Shown in pieces: positions 24,713 through 37,229 of a stretch of 64,000 bases of DNA. The stretch covers positions 41,232,001 through 41,296,000 of the forward strand of contig CM052818.1 in the NCBI GenBank assembly GCA_028534125.1, given 5' to 3'. Both the position numbers and the translations under genes were made by a program. Source of the DNA: Lama glama (taxonomy: Eukaryota). Every line of letters begins with the position of its first letter. Within the stretch, counting starts at the first letter, position 1. The notes beneath the pieces are model-generated. The model was not told the DNA's origin. It worked only from the letters and a program-made list of their open reading frames with translations, and searched no databases.

Positions 24713-25619
24713 CGTTCGATCTTCCCTGTGGCAGTAATTTACCTAGTGGCCTTATATAAGGTGCTTATTTTCCCTCCGAGTTTTCTCTTGTTAGAAAACA
24801 AAGCTCAGCTCTGCCACAATGGACTGAAAAGAGAATATTAAACGTCTAAAATATTTTCTATTAAGGACAGTTTTACAACTATCTAATTAGGAATTAAGCT
24901 ACTAAAGAGATCCCAACATTGAAATATAAGGCTGATGAGGAAAGTTGGAACCTGGGAAAGACCTTTACCAGAGAAGTGAAGATTGGAAGTTGGTTACAGA
25001 ATTTCAGTTCCCAGCAAGGTAATTTAGTAGGAAACATTGAACAGCTCTTCTCCTTTGCCACGGGAGGCACAGCCAAGGCTGCAAGCATGAGCGATGTAAT
25101 CATGGTACCCGGGATCATTTCCTGATGATTACTGAGCCGGTCAGTCCTGTGCTGTCATCCTTGGAGCAGCTTATGCCAAGCACTGCAAGGGTGAGAAGGG
25201 CTCTTCCCATGACAACTAGTTTCTTTAAGGAAGAGAGGCTTGGTGGTTAGATCCTGCAAGCTATGGAGGCTGATGGGTGGGGCAGAGATTAGTTAATATT
25301 TGTAAAGACATATAATCTTGGGGATGTTGACGGTGTCCTCTGAGGGCCCTGTGGAGATAATCTATTATTTTACATCTGTATGGTCAGGACATAGAAGGTT
25401 GTTTTCTTGGACTCACTTGAAGATCTGAGCAAAGAACAGATTGCCCCTGTGGAGTTATAAAAGAACAATTTACATCTGTACAGACCTTTACTTACAAAAA
25501 TCCAATATTTCATTTGCTCTGCTTGTATATTCCATGAAGGTGGTACTATTCCTTCCTATGTACAAGCAAATCAAGAGAGGATTCAAGTCAACTTGGCCTC
25601 TGCCACTAGGAAGGTGGTC

Positions 25620-25815
25620 CTGAGAGTGAAGGGGGTAAGGCTGTTAATGGGTATGTGGTTTCTTTTTGGAGTAATGACAATATTTTGGAATTAGATAGTA
25701 GTCATGGTTGTACAGTCTTGTGATTATACTAAAAGCCACTGTACTGTATACTTTGAAAGCCACTGGATTGTATGTGTGGATTCATATACTGAAGTTTACA
25801 GTATTATGAATGATG
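25620..25815 (+). mobile_element. L1M (L1MB/MC-like) 3' end
   Basis: ggtttctttttggagtaatgacaatattttggaattagatagtagtcatggttgtaca...ccactgtactgtatacttt. Confidence 0.8.
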
Positions 25816-25819
25816 TAAC

Positions 25820-26500
25820 AGTAAACCGATAGTTGCAGACTTCAATACCACACTTTCAATAATAGGCAGAAGAACTAAGCAGAAGGTCAACAGGGAAGTG
25901 GAAGACTTGAGAAACATTATAAACCAAACAGATATCCATAGATGCCTTCACCCTACAACAGAATATACATTCTCCAAGACAGATAATATAGTTGGCCGTT
26001 AGACAGGACTTAATTATTTCAAATGATTTAATTACATTGTGTGTTCTACAGCCACAATGGAATGGAACTAGAAATCAATCATAGAAGGAAACTAGCAAAG
26101 AAGTTTACAAATATGTGTATATTAAACAATATGCTCCCAAATGGATCAAAGAGGAAATCATAAAGGAAATGAGAAAATATTTTGAGATGAATAAAAACAA
26201 AACTCAACAAACCAAAGCATAATGGGGTACAGCTAAAGAAGTACTAAGAGGGAAATTTATAGTTATCAATGCCTATATTTTAAAAAAGTCCCAAATTAGT
26301 AACTTAATCTTACACCCTAAGACACTAGAAAAATAAGAGCAAGTCAAATCTAAAGCAAGTTCAATGAAGGAAATAATAAATATTAGAGTAGAAGTTAATA
26401 AATAAAGAATAGAAAAAATAAACGTGAAATTAAATGAAAAAAAAAAGTTGCTTCTTTGAAAAGAATAACAAAATCAATAAACCTATAGCCAGACTGAAGT
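25820..26500 (+). mobile_element. L1 ORF2 endonuclease-region relic (disrupted)
   Basis: Translates to IVADFNTTLSIIGR (compare L1 endonuclease IVGDFNTPLS), followed by gatacagctaaag...gagggaaatttatag-like ORF2 sequence. Confidence 0.9.
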
Positions 26501-26989
26501 GTTTTAGCAAAAGGGATCTTTCCAAGAACTCGGAAATAAATCAGGCCATGTAGGCAGTCCGATGCCACTGATTCCATGTGGATTAATTCTGTTTTATAAA
26601 TGAAAGTTTGCATTATGTCCTAGTTACAGTGAGATGTGGGGTATTAGACATCTCTGAGCTCATTCTTTACTTGAGGAAAAAGAAAAAATTATCACTTAAA
26701 TCCAACTGTGGTCTAAATTCAGGGCACACAGTCTTAAAAATGTACTTTGAGAAGAGGTCATATAAAAATGCACACTGATTCCAAAGAGAACCATTCCGTT
26801 CCAGGACGGAAGGATACTAGAGCAACAGGGTGACCTCCCAGAGGGTAAACAGCTTGCAGGGCAGGCAGAGGAAGCAGGGTTCAGCTGGGGCAGATCAGGA
26901 GCAGCCAACTGCATTTGTTGATACATTTCTAGGGTTGTAGGTTGGTGAGAGTAGGCCCTGTGCTGTCAAAGGTATCAACAGAAAATGAC

Positions 26990-27200
26990 TTTCAAATCAC
27001 ATAGCTATGGACACAAATCCTAGCCCCGGAACTTACTAATAAATGACCTCAGGCAGATTAATTTTTCCAAGACTCAGTATTTTTAGTTCTAAAAGGTAGA
27101 TGTAATTCCTGTCTTACAAGGTTGTTCTGATGATCCATTGGGATCATATAAAAGTGTCTTTTATAGCATTTGGCACCAAGAAGATGTTTAATAGATGATA
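26990..27200 (+). mobile_element. MIR SINE
   Basis: caaatcctagccccggaacttacta...tgacctcaggcagattaa...ggttgttctgatgat. Confidence 0.65.
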
Positions 27201-28469
27201 GATGTTGGCGGCATTTTTGCTATTGTCACTGTCGCATTATTACAAGAGTTCCAAGGAAATAAAAGTTCAATGGCTAATTTAATCAGAATTTTCACAAGCA
27301 TACCCTAGCAGAGATGTGATTTATTGACTGGGGAGAGCTCAATATATAATTGTCAGAATCATTCATTACACAAGAGTCATTTCCACAACCCAGGTATTTT
27401 CCTATGTGAAATTCCCTTGTATCATCAAGCTTTCAAACTGGTTCTGCCACATAAAGTAGTGGCTTTAAAAGCATAGCAGAATGAGGCCAAAGCACCATTC
27501 TATTTAGCCACGTATGTTGAGAATAAAAGTTACTTATAAAAATTCTGTCTTTGAACCGGTTTTCCTTTATGCCAAGCAAATGGTGTTTTCTAGTCTGGCA
27601 GTGGTCAGGTTTTGCCTTTGCGTACTGGCTTTCCTCCTAAATTTAGGAACATGCACTCAACAACTGTTATATGTGCCTAATCCTTGTCTTTTGTTAGATA
27701 AAAATGGAGCAAATATACATTTATATTAAGGATAGTTACTTGCAAGGTCCGTCTTCATTCTTTTTTTATAGATGGAGAAATAGCTTAGGTGTCTTGTTCA
27801 AGGTCATGTAGCAGGAGTCAGCCCAGGTCTGCTTGATTCCAAGGCCCTTGGTATTGCTTCTCTGCCCTCTATTCCTTACATCGACAGACAGAGATAAGAC
27901 CTATGACAAGACTTCCAGTCAGGGTAGGTTAAATGAAATAAGCTCTGCCAAAGAATCGTTTATAAGCAGCTTGGATGGGGAGTGACTGCCCAGGGAGGAT
28001 GCAGAAATGCACGCAGAGGGAGTATATTTCCATGTTACTCCTGTAAGTTGGACTCTTAAGTTCTTCATTCATTCATTCACTCATGTTGTCATTCACTTAA
28101 TGATTGAATACCTGCTTTGTGCTGGACACTGTGTTCTGTGCCAAGTAGGAAGCCAGCAATGCGTAAGGCAGAAAAATAAATGCAGCTGTGCTCAGCTTGT
28201 GACGCTCTGCTTGATTTTCACTGTGGAAATAATTTCCTCCTCCTCTGAAGCACCACACACTTTCCCCCAACTTCTGTGGTACCCAGTCCTCTTGGCAATG
28301 GCATACCAGAAACAGTACAGAGCCTCCTGCCACACCGTCACATCTCTCTGCCTCTGAGAAGTCTTTCCTGCCCACATTCCCCACTGCAGCCCACAATTAC
28401 CTCACCCTCTCCTGAAGTCCTACAGCCCTGATATCAGACCCTTCCCTAGAACCTGGACTTAAAGGATAT

Positions 28470-28680
28470 GTGCAAACTTGTTAAATAGAGGGGGGTTTGC
28501 AGTCAGACTGCTTGGGTTCAGGTTCATCTTGGCTGCTTGATAGCCATGTAACCTTTGGTACATAATTCCTTACAATCTCAGTTTTCTCATTTGTACAATA
28601 GGAATAGTGGCTGTGTTTACCCATAGGGTTGTCCTAATTGAATGTGTTGATACATATGAATTTCTTAAAACTGTGTCTTA
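28470..28680 (+). mobile_element. MIR SINE
   Basis: agtcagactgcttgggttca...tctcagttttctcatttgtacaatagg...catagggttgt. Confidence 0.8.
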
Positions 28681-28775
28681 TCATGCTTCCTCTTTCTCCA
28701 GGAATCTTCACTGAATCCTTTTTGCTCATATAATCAAATCCAGAATAAATCTGGTGGCCAAAATCCCCACTCTTC

Positions 28776-28802
28776 ATTATTATTATTATTATTATTATTA
28801 TT
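28776..28802. repeat. (ATT)9 microsatellite within an L2 relic (about 28680-29180)
   Basis: Seen directly. Confidence 0.95.
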
Positions 28803-30479
28803 AGTTATTGTTATTATTTTACTTTTCCTAAGCTCTCAGCACTGAGACCCACCAGACTAATTATTGTTCCCTAAACACATCCTGAGCTTTCTTTCATGAA
28901 CCATTGTTCAGCCTTCTCCTTCACTTAAGCTACCCTTCCATTTGCTCTGCACCGTACACCCTATTAATCATCCCCAATCCAACTCGTGTCATTCCTTCCT
29001 TGTAGCTTCCCCTGAGGCTTCTGTCAGAGTCAACCCTTTTCCTTCCTGCTTGCCAGATGTAATTCCATCTGCCCTTTATCGGAGTTACTTGGGTAGATAT
29101 TTGCCCATCCTTCTCCTCAAGGTCAGGGAATGTGTTTCTCAAGGTCAGGGAATGTGTTTATTAGTATATATTGAATAAAATAAAGTTAAATCCACCTTTA
29201 AGTAACTTAACTTGAAAACACATAACTCATTAAAAGGGAACACTTGATTTGGGGCTTATCCTTTATATAATCTACTTTCTCTATGATTCCCAGGATAATG
29301 GAGCTAGTATGGCAGAGGATTTTCTGGCTTATTTATTCTGTCATTTGTGGTCTACCTACTCATATAACCATTTATCTGTCAGGGCAGCAGATACTTGAGG
29401 AAAACTTTAGTCTATGTGCTAAGCTTGAGACTTGCTTCTTGAGTCAGACAGGGGCGTTGCTCAAACACTGTTCTGAAGAGTTTAAAGAATCAGCACTCAC
29501 AGTAGTGCAGGCAAACATCTGAATTATTCATCCACACGCTAAAAGGAACCAAAGATGTGGGAGAAGGTCAGGTGAAAAGCAGAAGAATCAGACATTAGAC
29601 ACTGGGGCTCCCACTCCATTTGTCCATAAAGGGAAGACTGACCACTCATCTCTTGATTAAAAAAGAGATTCTGAGGAATATGGCAATCAGGGGCATTTGA
29701 GGACAAGTATGAATGTTAAAGAGAAACCATGGGGATTTCCCAGTTCTTCAGCACTTTCACCCCAAGGTAGGTGGTGGAGCAACCATGGATGCCGTAAAGA
29801 ATATGTGTGTGAGGGCCGCAGATGAACCTCTGAATTCAAGTTAGGGTTGGTCAACTTTGGGACAAGGAAGATAAAGGAGTGTTACTCCAGCAGAAAATTA
29901 GGATCCAGGACAAAGCTAATTTGGACTGAAGGAATTACCGCATCTCTCAGTAAGAATGGAACAATCATGTCAAAATAGGACAGCTGTGGTTAGATGCACT
30001 CACGCTTCTCACTTCCAACCAGGGTTTTTCTCAATAGCATGGGCGCACAAGTATAAGATTACAGTTTATTTACAATATGATATCAATTAAAGTTTTTTTC
30101 TTGTCTTATCAGACACACAGTGGTAAGGTCAAAAGTGAGAAAGCAAGGTGCTAAAAAGCTCTCATTTATATGGGTTTATAGCCATCACCAGATGGGGCCA
30201 GCCATCCTCCTGTAAGATTCACTGCAAGACTTCAGAATTGACCCAACCATCAAAACCCCTGCAAGAGACTGACCTCCCAAACAACATAGGGCTGAACCAG
30301 GGGAAAGAAACTGCCTTTTGAAGGATTTTATTTCCCTAGATAAAATTGCTTCATTTTTCACAAGTCAGTGGAGGGGATGAATTCCAAGAGGATCACTCAA
30401 AATGATGTGGAGACCTGTGAGATGCAGACACTGTCATTTCACTCCCTTCCTTGCAAGTCTGCTTTGCTGGTGACCTGCC

Positions 30480-31340
30480 TATTATGCCTTGTGCAGCCCG
30501 AGCAACCAAAAGGAATTCGAAAGAGACCAAGAAACTGAAAAAGATGACGAAGGAAAGAATTTGTCCTGAGAAGAATACGTAAATTTCCTAAGAGCTTAGT
30601 AAAGACTGGAAAATACTTAGATTCGAACTAACAGCCATAACCCCATCCAAGATGACTGCCTGCTGGGCGAGGGAGTCTGGCAGCAAGAGGCCAGGGGGTG
30701 GCTGTCTTAGAGGGCAAAGAGGAGAGGATGGAGGAGGCAGACCTGCGTGGGATCCTCTACAACAGTGCAGCGGGGGGAGCCTTCTGAAAAGCTCACAAGT
30801 AAGCCCCAGAAGAAAGTCATCCAAAGTCACAGAGATGGGCACAGAGGTAGCATGAGAAGCAGCAACAACTGAAGAAGAAGTGGTTTTCATCTGTCCAATC
30901 AAGTGAGAGGAGTGCACCTGCCCTCATCCTGTCCTTCCTCACCATATGCTACATCTGAGAAACGTTTTCTAGAGGAAGGAGGGATGGCAGGAAGTCTGTA
31001 ATCTAGGCTGACCCCTCATTACCCCACTCCTTCCATCCACCACACTTCAAGCCGTAGTTCTATCCTGTGCTGAGGAAGGAGAAAGGAAAAACTTTGGTCA
31101 GAATTGAGATTATCATGTGAAATAAAGTCTTTTGTACTAGAGTAAGACTCCTCTAGTAACTTAAAAATGACTGAAAACTAAAGAAATGAGGTCAAGATCT
31201 CATTAAAGAAGATATTTCCCATCAGGAAAGGGGAGTGACACAGCACAGTTGGGAAGTAGTTTCTCAAAAAAAAAATAAATACAATAAAACCATTTCATGT
31301 TTATAACCAATAAGCTGAGACACACCAGTAAAAGTCAATA
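30480..31340 (+). mobile_element. Possible ancient LTR (LTR78-like)
   Basis: Purine-rich body ending acagcacagtt...aataaa...catgttta, resembling the recalled LTR78 3' end. Termini and TSD are not resolved. Confidence 0.4.
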
Positions 31341-33914
31341 TCGCTTTTCAAAACGTGTATAAATTAAATTGATGCTTTGAGAAAAGTGACACTAAATGAC
31401 GATTCACTTAGTTTGGGTCCTTAGCAACTTTTACAGGGAACAAGTTTGCTTAAGAGGAGTTGTCTCGTTTCTAAAGCCTGAAGGATTAAAATAGCAAATA
31501 AACAATGGAAGACAGAATCTGAGCTGAGTTGCTGAGGCCATAGCTGAATGGTTCATCATATCTTCCATTAAAAAATCACAGTTTGCAGTCAGTTTACTAC
31601 CACCGAGAGGAACACTGGAGAAATGCTTAATGCTTCAGGATTAACTGGAGCCAGAATTCAATGATTTCCCATCGATACTGATCCTACTTTCTGCCCTCAG
31701 CTTGGAGCAGTTTGTTGCCACTATTTCTCGCTTTCTCTTTGTAGCTACTGCTGAGTCTGGATACCCTTGTTAGAGACTGGGATTCTTAATTAAAAGTACC
31801 AGGAACCACAGTATCTTCAGGGCAGTCTTGGTGTAGATAGAGGCTTGTGAATATACATGGTTCAAAATGGGTCAGGCAAGGTTTGACTTCCAGAGAAGCA
31901 GGAAATTTGCTTTTAAAATCCACAGGCAAGGCCAAGAGGAAGTCTGTGTTATAGCCAGTAAATCCAGGAATTCTAGTCTGCTCACCTCCAGCCTCTTCAG
32001 GTTTTGGAAAAAAATTCCTTCTTCTGGAACATTTTGCAATTCTTGATGTGATGGGAGGACTGGAGGGAGGCATAGGGAGAGGGCAAAGGGAACAACCAAA
32101 GCCCCTATCCTAGGAGGTCAATGTTTTAGATCCAGAGAGAGGCCCAGGAAGTCATAAAGCGAGGGTAATAGAGTGAGGGATCTTAAGTTTAAATATGAGG
32201 CAAATAGGTGTGTATCTGAGGCGTTCTGGTTATTATTGCTAACTGCTATAGTGACAACCCACAGAGCTTGTTCCAAACACTAAGTGTGTGTATACAGTCA
32301 CACATTTACAGGCACAGACACACAGAGACACTGTTACGTACACGGGTGTGCACCTGGCACGCATGCACGCACGCACACACATATACAGTGTGATGCTCTC
32401 ATAAACATTAGCCACATATCTTCCTTTTTCATCATTTTAGTAAGAGAGGCTTTGTAATCAGAAAAATGGTCCAAATACTCGATCCAAAGAACACTAGACG
32501 AGACAACTGGAAGTATACGATCCCCTGTGACCTTTTATGTTATTTGCTGATCCTTAGTTCTTAATTCCGTCTTCTCCCTCGTGTCTGCTGTGATGCTAAA
32601 CAATGCAGCAAGGTTAACAGTTAATGGCCACCTTTGTTTGTAGCTGACTTTTCCTCATCTTCCTTGATTTTAGTGTCTGGATGAGTAATTGCTATCACAT
32701 GCCTGAACTGACTGATGAGTAAGGCAGCCTCACAAGTCTGTGGAAGCTGCGAAAACAGAGCGGCCAGGCCAGGAATCATAGATTTCTCTGCCATCTGACA
32801 TTATAGCTCCTGCCTCTGAGTTTTCTTTTCTGGCTGCCCTATGGAGACCAGCGACTAGATCTTTGATGATTACCAAGCAGGATAAGAGGAGAGAAGTTTT
32901 AGCCAAGACCTTGACCTTCTTCCAAGGTTACTTCCAGTTTTACATTCACTGATGTGCACAGGAGTCCTTTTGTAAAATATTCCTTTTGGGTAAATACTGT
33001 ATTTCTCTTCTTGTTTAAAAGAGAGGCATTTGAATTTCTGTTTGACTTTTGGAAAATTCATAAATAGGGAAGATGGACTTACAAAGGAAAATATAATTTT
33101 CTTTAAATATGAAGGAAAAACAGCAACTCCATTAAGATTTGGGTGTGTGATAGAAAAAGAGGTCCATGCTGTACAGACACATCAAGGGGTCCCGAATGGC
33201 CCAGGTATTTGGACACATCTGTCTGGGTTAAATTGTCATGGACAGAATAGATGGCAACTCATGGTGCTCTGAGGATCCAAAGAGAGAAATACAAAGCAAT
33301 AAGTACCCTGCCTGGCATACAGTCAGACTTTAAAACCGTCAGTAGTCCCCACTGTAGAACAACAGGATTCTGGATCCTGGAATGGTCCTTCTTCCCAAGT
33401 TTTCCTTGGGCTCTGGCTTTCTGGCAATAGCTTTAGCCTTGTCATCGTTGGCTTCTGGCCTTTTAGTCCTTTGGAGTACCCTGGACCTCAGGCTGATCAA
33501 GCACCCCCCTCTTCCCCTTGCAACACAGTTCCCTGTGACCCTGCTTTCTTCCTTTCAAGTTTAGGGAAATACAGAGTTCAAGGAAAAGAATGCTGCCAGT
33601 CTGGGAATTTCCAGGCCTGCCCAGGACTCATCTAATGAAGTCCACCCAGGAGATGATGTCCACGTTTGGCTCTCTTCCCTGTGCTATTTATGTTTCCCAG
33701 GAAACTAGGGCTGCTAGATGGCAGAGTCAACTGACTTTACTATGAAGTTTCTTTTACAAAAGAATTTCCTCTTCAGTAGGTCAGTTTAAGAAAGCCACTG
33801 TCCTCATCCCCCTGGCCACCCGGAGTGATAGAGAGCAAACATGTTGCATTTCAAATCCTAAAGCCTGAATAAGATAACTAATCTGAACACTCTTTGAAAA
33901 GGGTGGATATGTAT

Positions 33915-34414
33915 NNNNNNNNNNNNNNNNNNNNNNNNNNNNNNNNNNNNNNNNNNNNNNNNNNNNNNNNNNNNNNNNNNNNNNNNNNNNNNNNNNNNNN
34001 NNNNNNNNNNNNNNNNNNNNNNNNNNNNNNNNNNNNNNNNNNNNNNNNNNNNNNNNNNNNNNNNNNNNNNNNNNNNNNNNNNNNNNNNNNNNNNNNNNNN
34101 NNNNNNNNNNNNNNNNNNNNNNNNNNNNNNNNNNNNNNNNNNNNNNNNNNNNNNNNNNNNNNNNNNNNNNNNNNNNNNNNNNNNNNNNNNNNNNNNNNNN
34201 NNNNNNNNNNNNNNNNNNNNNNNNNNNNNNNNNNNNNNNNNNNNNNNNNNNNNNNNNNNNNNNNNNNNNNNNNNNNNNNNNNNNNNNNNNNNNNNNNNNN
34301 NNNNNNNNNNNNNNNNNNNNNNNNNNNNNNNNNNNNNNNNNNNNNNNNNNNNNNNNNNNNNNNNNNNNNNNNNNNNNNNNNNNNNNNNNNNNNNNNNNNN
34401 NNNNNNNNNNNNNN
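33915..34414. other. Assembly gap, exactly 500 N
   Basis: Seen directly. Confidence 1.
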
Positions 34415-35149
34415 GGGGGGCGTCTAGGAGCAGTTTGACCCAGAATCTGACATACACTAACCCCAACCTCTAGGACCTTGCACAGCAAGGAAATATGAAA
34501 AGAAACGAGGCACCATTGTTTTCGCAAACCTCTCGCTTGCCCATGTCCCTTTCTTTCGCTTCCTGTGCTATTTTAAGAGACAAGTGAATAAAATTATTTC
34601 AGCAGCAATAGGCTTTCATTCTAACATTTCAAAAAGATTGATGTTCATATTAATTATGGACCAACTCTGTCTCTCTCCACCAACAGCTCTTTTATTTTTT
34701 TTTTCCTGCTGCAAACATCTTTATTCATTTTAAAACCACCTCCTCATCAAGTTTCTAGTCCTAAGAGGTTTCTGGAGACTGAGAGCAAATTTTGGAAACT
34801 GTAATGAGTACTGTTTAAAGTTTTCTATGACTTTTTCAATTCAGAGACAATGACAGTGCCATCGGACTTCCCTGTTGTCATATAACCTGCTACTTAAATC
34901 CACAAAGGTCAGACAAATATGTTTGTAAACATCTGGTTCTTTTTCTATTTATCTCTTGGGAAATAAATACACTTTCACAGGTTCCTTGTAATAAAATGTG
35001 AATACAAGACCTCTGCAACCTTTTCCTCTCCACTTTGCTTCCAGTCCTCAGCCCTGTGCTCCAGGCAGCCACACTCACAATTCTGAAACTAGCCATGTAC
35101 CTTCTGCGGGTCCTGCCCCTGCACAGGTGTTCCGTCTGCCTGTAGCAAC

Positions 35150-37150
35150 CTCAGTGCATCATTTGTCTTGCTTTCTTGACTTCTGGGCATCTTGCTGTAC
35201 TTGACTCTCTCCATTCCCACACAAGCCATTATTATGAGTGATTTCCATGTCCACTGTGATGGCCATTCCAAACCTTGACCTTGCTGGTTCCACTTGCTCT
35301 TTATGTCCACCCCACTTCAGTCATGCCTGCCTGGAACTTGCCACTCGTGGGAACGATTCAACTTCTAAGAGCTTATGTTTAAACCTGCTGTTCTCTAACT
35401 TGAGTCTCCTGTCTTTCCTGGTCCCTCATTGAAGAGTCTCACTGAGTAACTGAGTCTATAACTTTATTATCAAGATCCGTAGTCTGCAAACTCCTCTACT
35501 TGCTCCTTATCTCTCAGCCTCACCCAGTTTTTGTTTCTTTCTGTGTCCAGCTTATGCACCATGGACTTTCACATCAACCATCCTCGCCAGTAGTCTCAGC
35601 TTTTCTCAGCTAAAAGTCACTTATACAAAGCAATGGTGCAGCTTCTTTGTGTCTTAGCTTATGTTCTGGAGCATCGTTGAATCAAAGTACATAGTCAAGT
35701 AGTTAAATACCACATATGCACAAGGTCGCCAGTGTGAACTAGGACCTCAAAGACTCCCAGCAAACATATTCTTTTAGTTAACCTTTCCATTTTTATACAG
35801 CCGATTTCAAAATTTCCTACGTTAATGCACTGTTTTTCTTTCAAGATGGTCAGTAGCAGCCTTATGTCTTGTTACACACACACACACACACACACACACT
35901 CACTAGAATATCACTGTGTGGATTCTTCTTCCCTTCCTCTTTGTTCCTTTAATCTCTCCCTTTGTTTTGGCTTCCTTACAATACAGCTAAACATACTAAA
36001 ATCTCTTTCAACTTAAGAAAAAAATTTAAAAACCTCTGCCCTTGACCTTTTGCCTCCCTCAGTTACAGCCTTTTTCTGTCTATTCACAGTTAAGTTTACA
36101 TTAAAAAACTTACTTAAAATTAATATGACTTGTTCTCCTATTCACTCCTTTAACTACCGAAATTCATCTTCTGCCCCATCACCACACTGGAATTCATCTC
36201 ATTATTCGACCAAAGACCTCCTTCTTGCTCAAACTCATGGACACTTCTTATCATTTGTCTTCTTTTTTATTCTTTCACCATTTTGCAGCATAGGATAAAG
36301 TGGGGCAGTTTCTCCAACTTGACACATGCAGATTCGTAGAAGAATCTCTATCTTCATTCCTGACAGAACCAAGTTCTATCAGATCTCTCCCAAACCTGTT
36401 CTATGCGTTTCTCTCCAGACCACCTGCTGCTGTTCATTTAGGTTATGATTGTCTACTCTCTGCACTTTTCAGTTTCTTTACAGGTTTCTTCAGCTCCTGT
36501 TCTAGTCCCCTACAACCTTGCCAACACACAATCTATTCTGCCCACTATAGCTAAGAATTTCCAGTGCATCCAGACACTTTCTAATAAAAGCAAACAAAAC
36601 ACTTCACTATCTTCCCATTGCCCCCAAAATAAAATCTAATTTCCCAAATAAAATTTTCAAAACCCAAATTTCCACTTTTGTATCCAGCTTTATCTCTCCC
36701 CTTTTCACCCACCACCACACCATTCTCATGCTCTGTGCTCAGTCATCCTGAAGGTTGCTTCATCCCTATTAATTTGCTCCATCTTTCTCTCTTCCCAGAA
36801 CCTTTGCCTGTGGTGTATTTTTCTGCCTGGAACATCTCTTCTTCAATTCAACCTCCTTCCACCCCCATCTCCCAAACACCATACCTATTTCTTCACCTGG
36901 TTAGTTGCTTCTTAGCTTTTAGGACTCCAGTTAGCTGTCACTCCCTAAGTTAAGACAGACTTACAAAACCATCAATGAATGACTACAGGATCCTCTATCT
37001 GCCCCCAGGACAGCTTTTCTCATGTACAACTGCCAACGTAAATTACTAGATAGAAAGTTCTCTGAGGTCAGGGATCTGCTTAATTCTTTAAAGAGCCTAC
37101 TTTAGTGATTGAACATAACAGTTACTAATAAATGTTTGTTGATTAAATAA
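35150..37150 (+). mobile_element. Long L2 relic including the 3' end
   Basis: Pyrimidine-rich L2 motifs (accaaagacctccttcttgctcaaac, cctttgcctgtgg...ctgcctggaaca) ending aagttctctgaggtcaggga...aataaatgtttgttgattaaat. Confidence 0.75.
35874..35899. repeat. (AC)13 microsatellite
   Basis: Seen directly. Confidence 0.98.
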
Positions 37151-37229
37151 CTTATAAGTGCGAGGGTATAAATAGACTGTTTACTGAAGGCAAATAAATT
37201 TGTTTTGTGTTTATATCCCTGAAGTGATT

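Noticed and set aside
33781..34527. Three long ORFs (177-248 aa)
   Set aside because: Artefacts of reading through the N gap.
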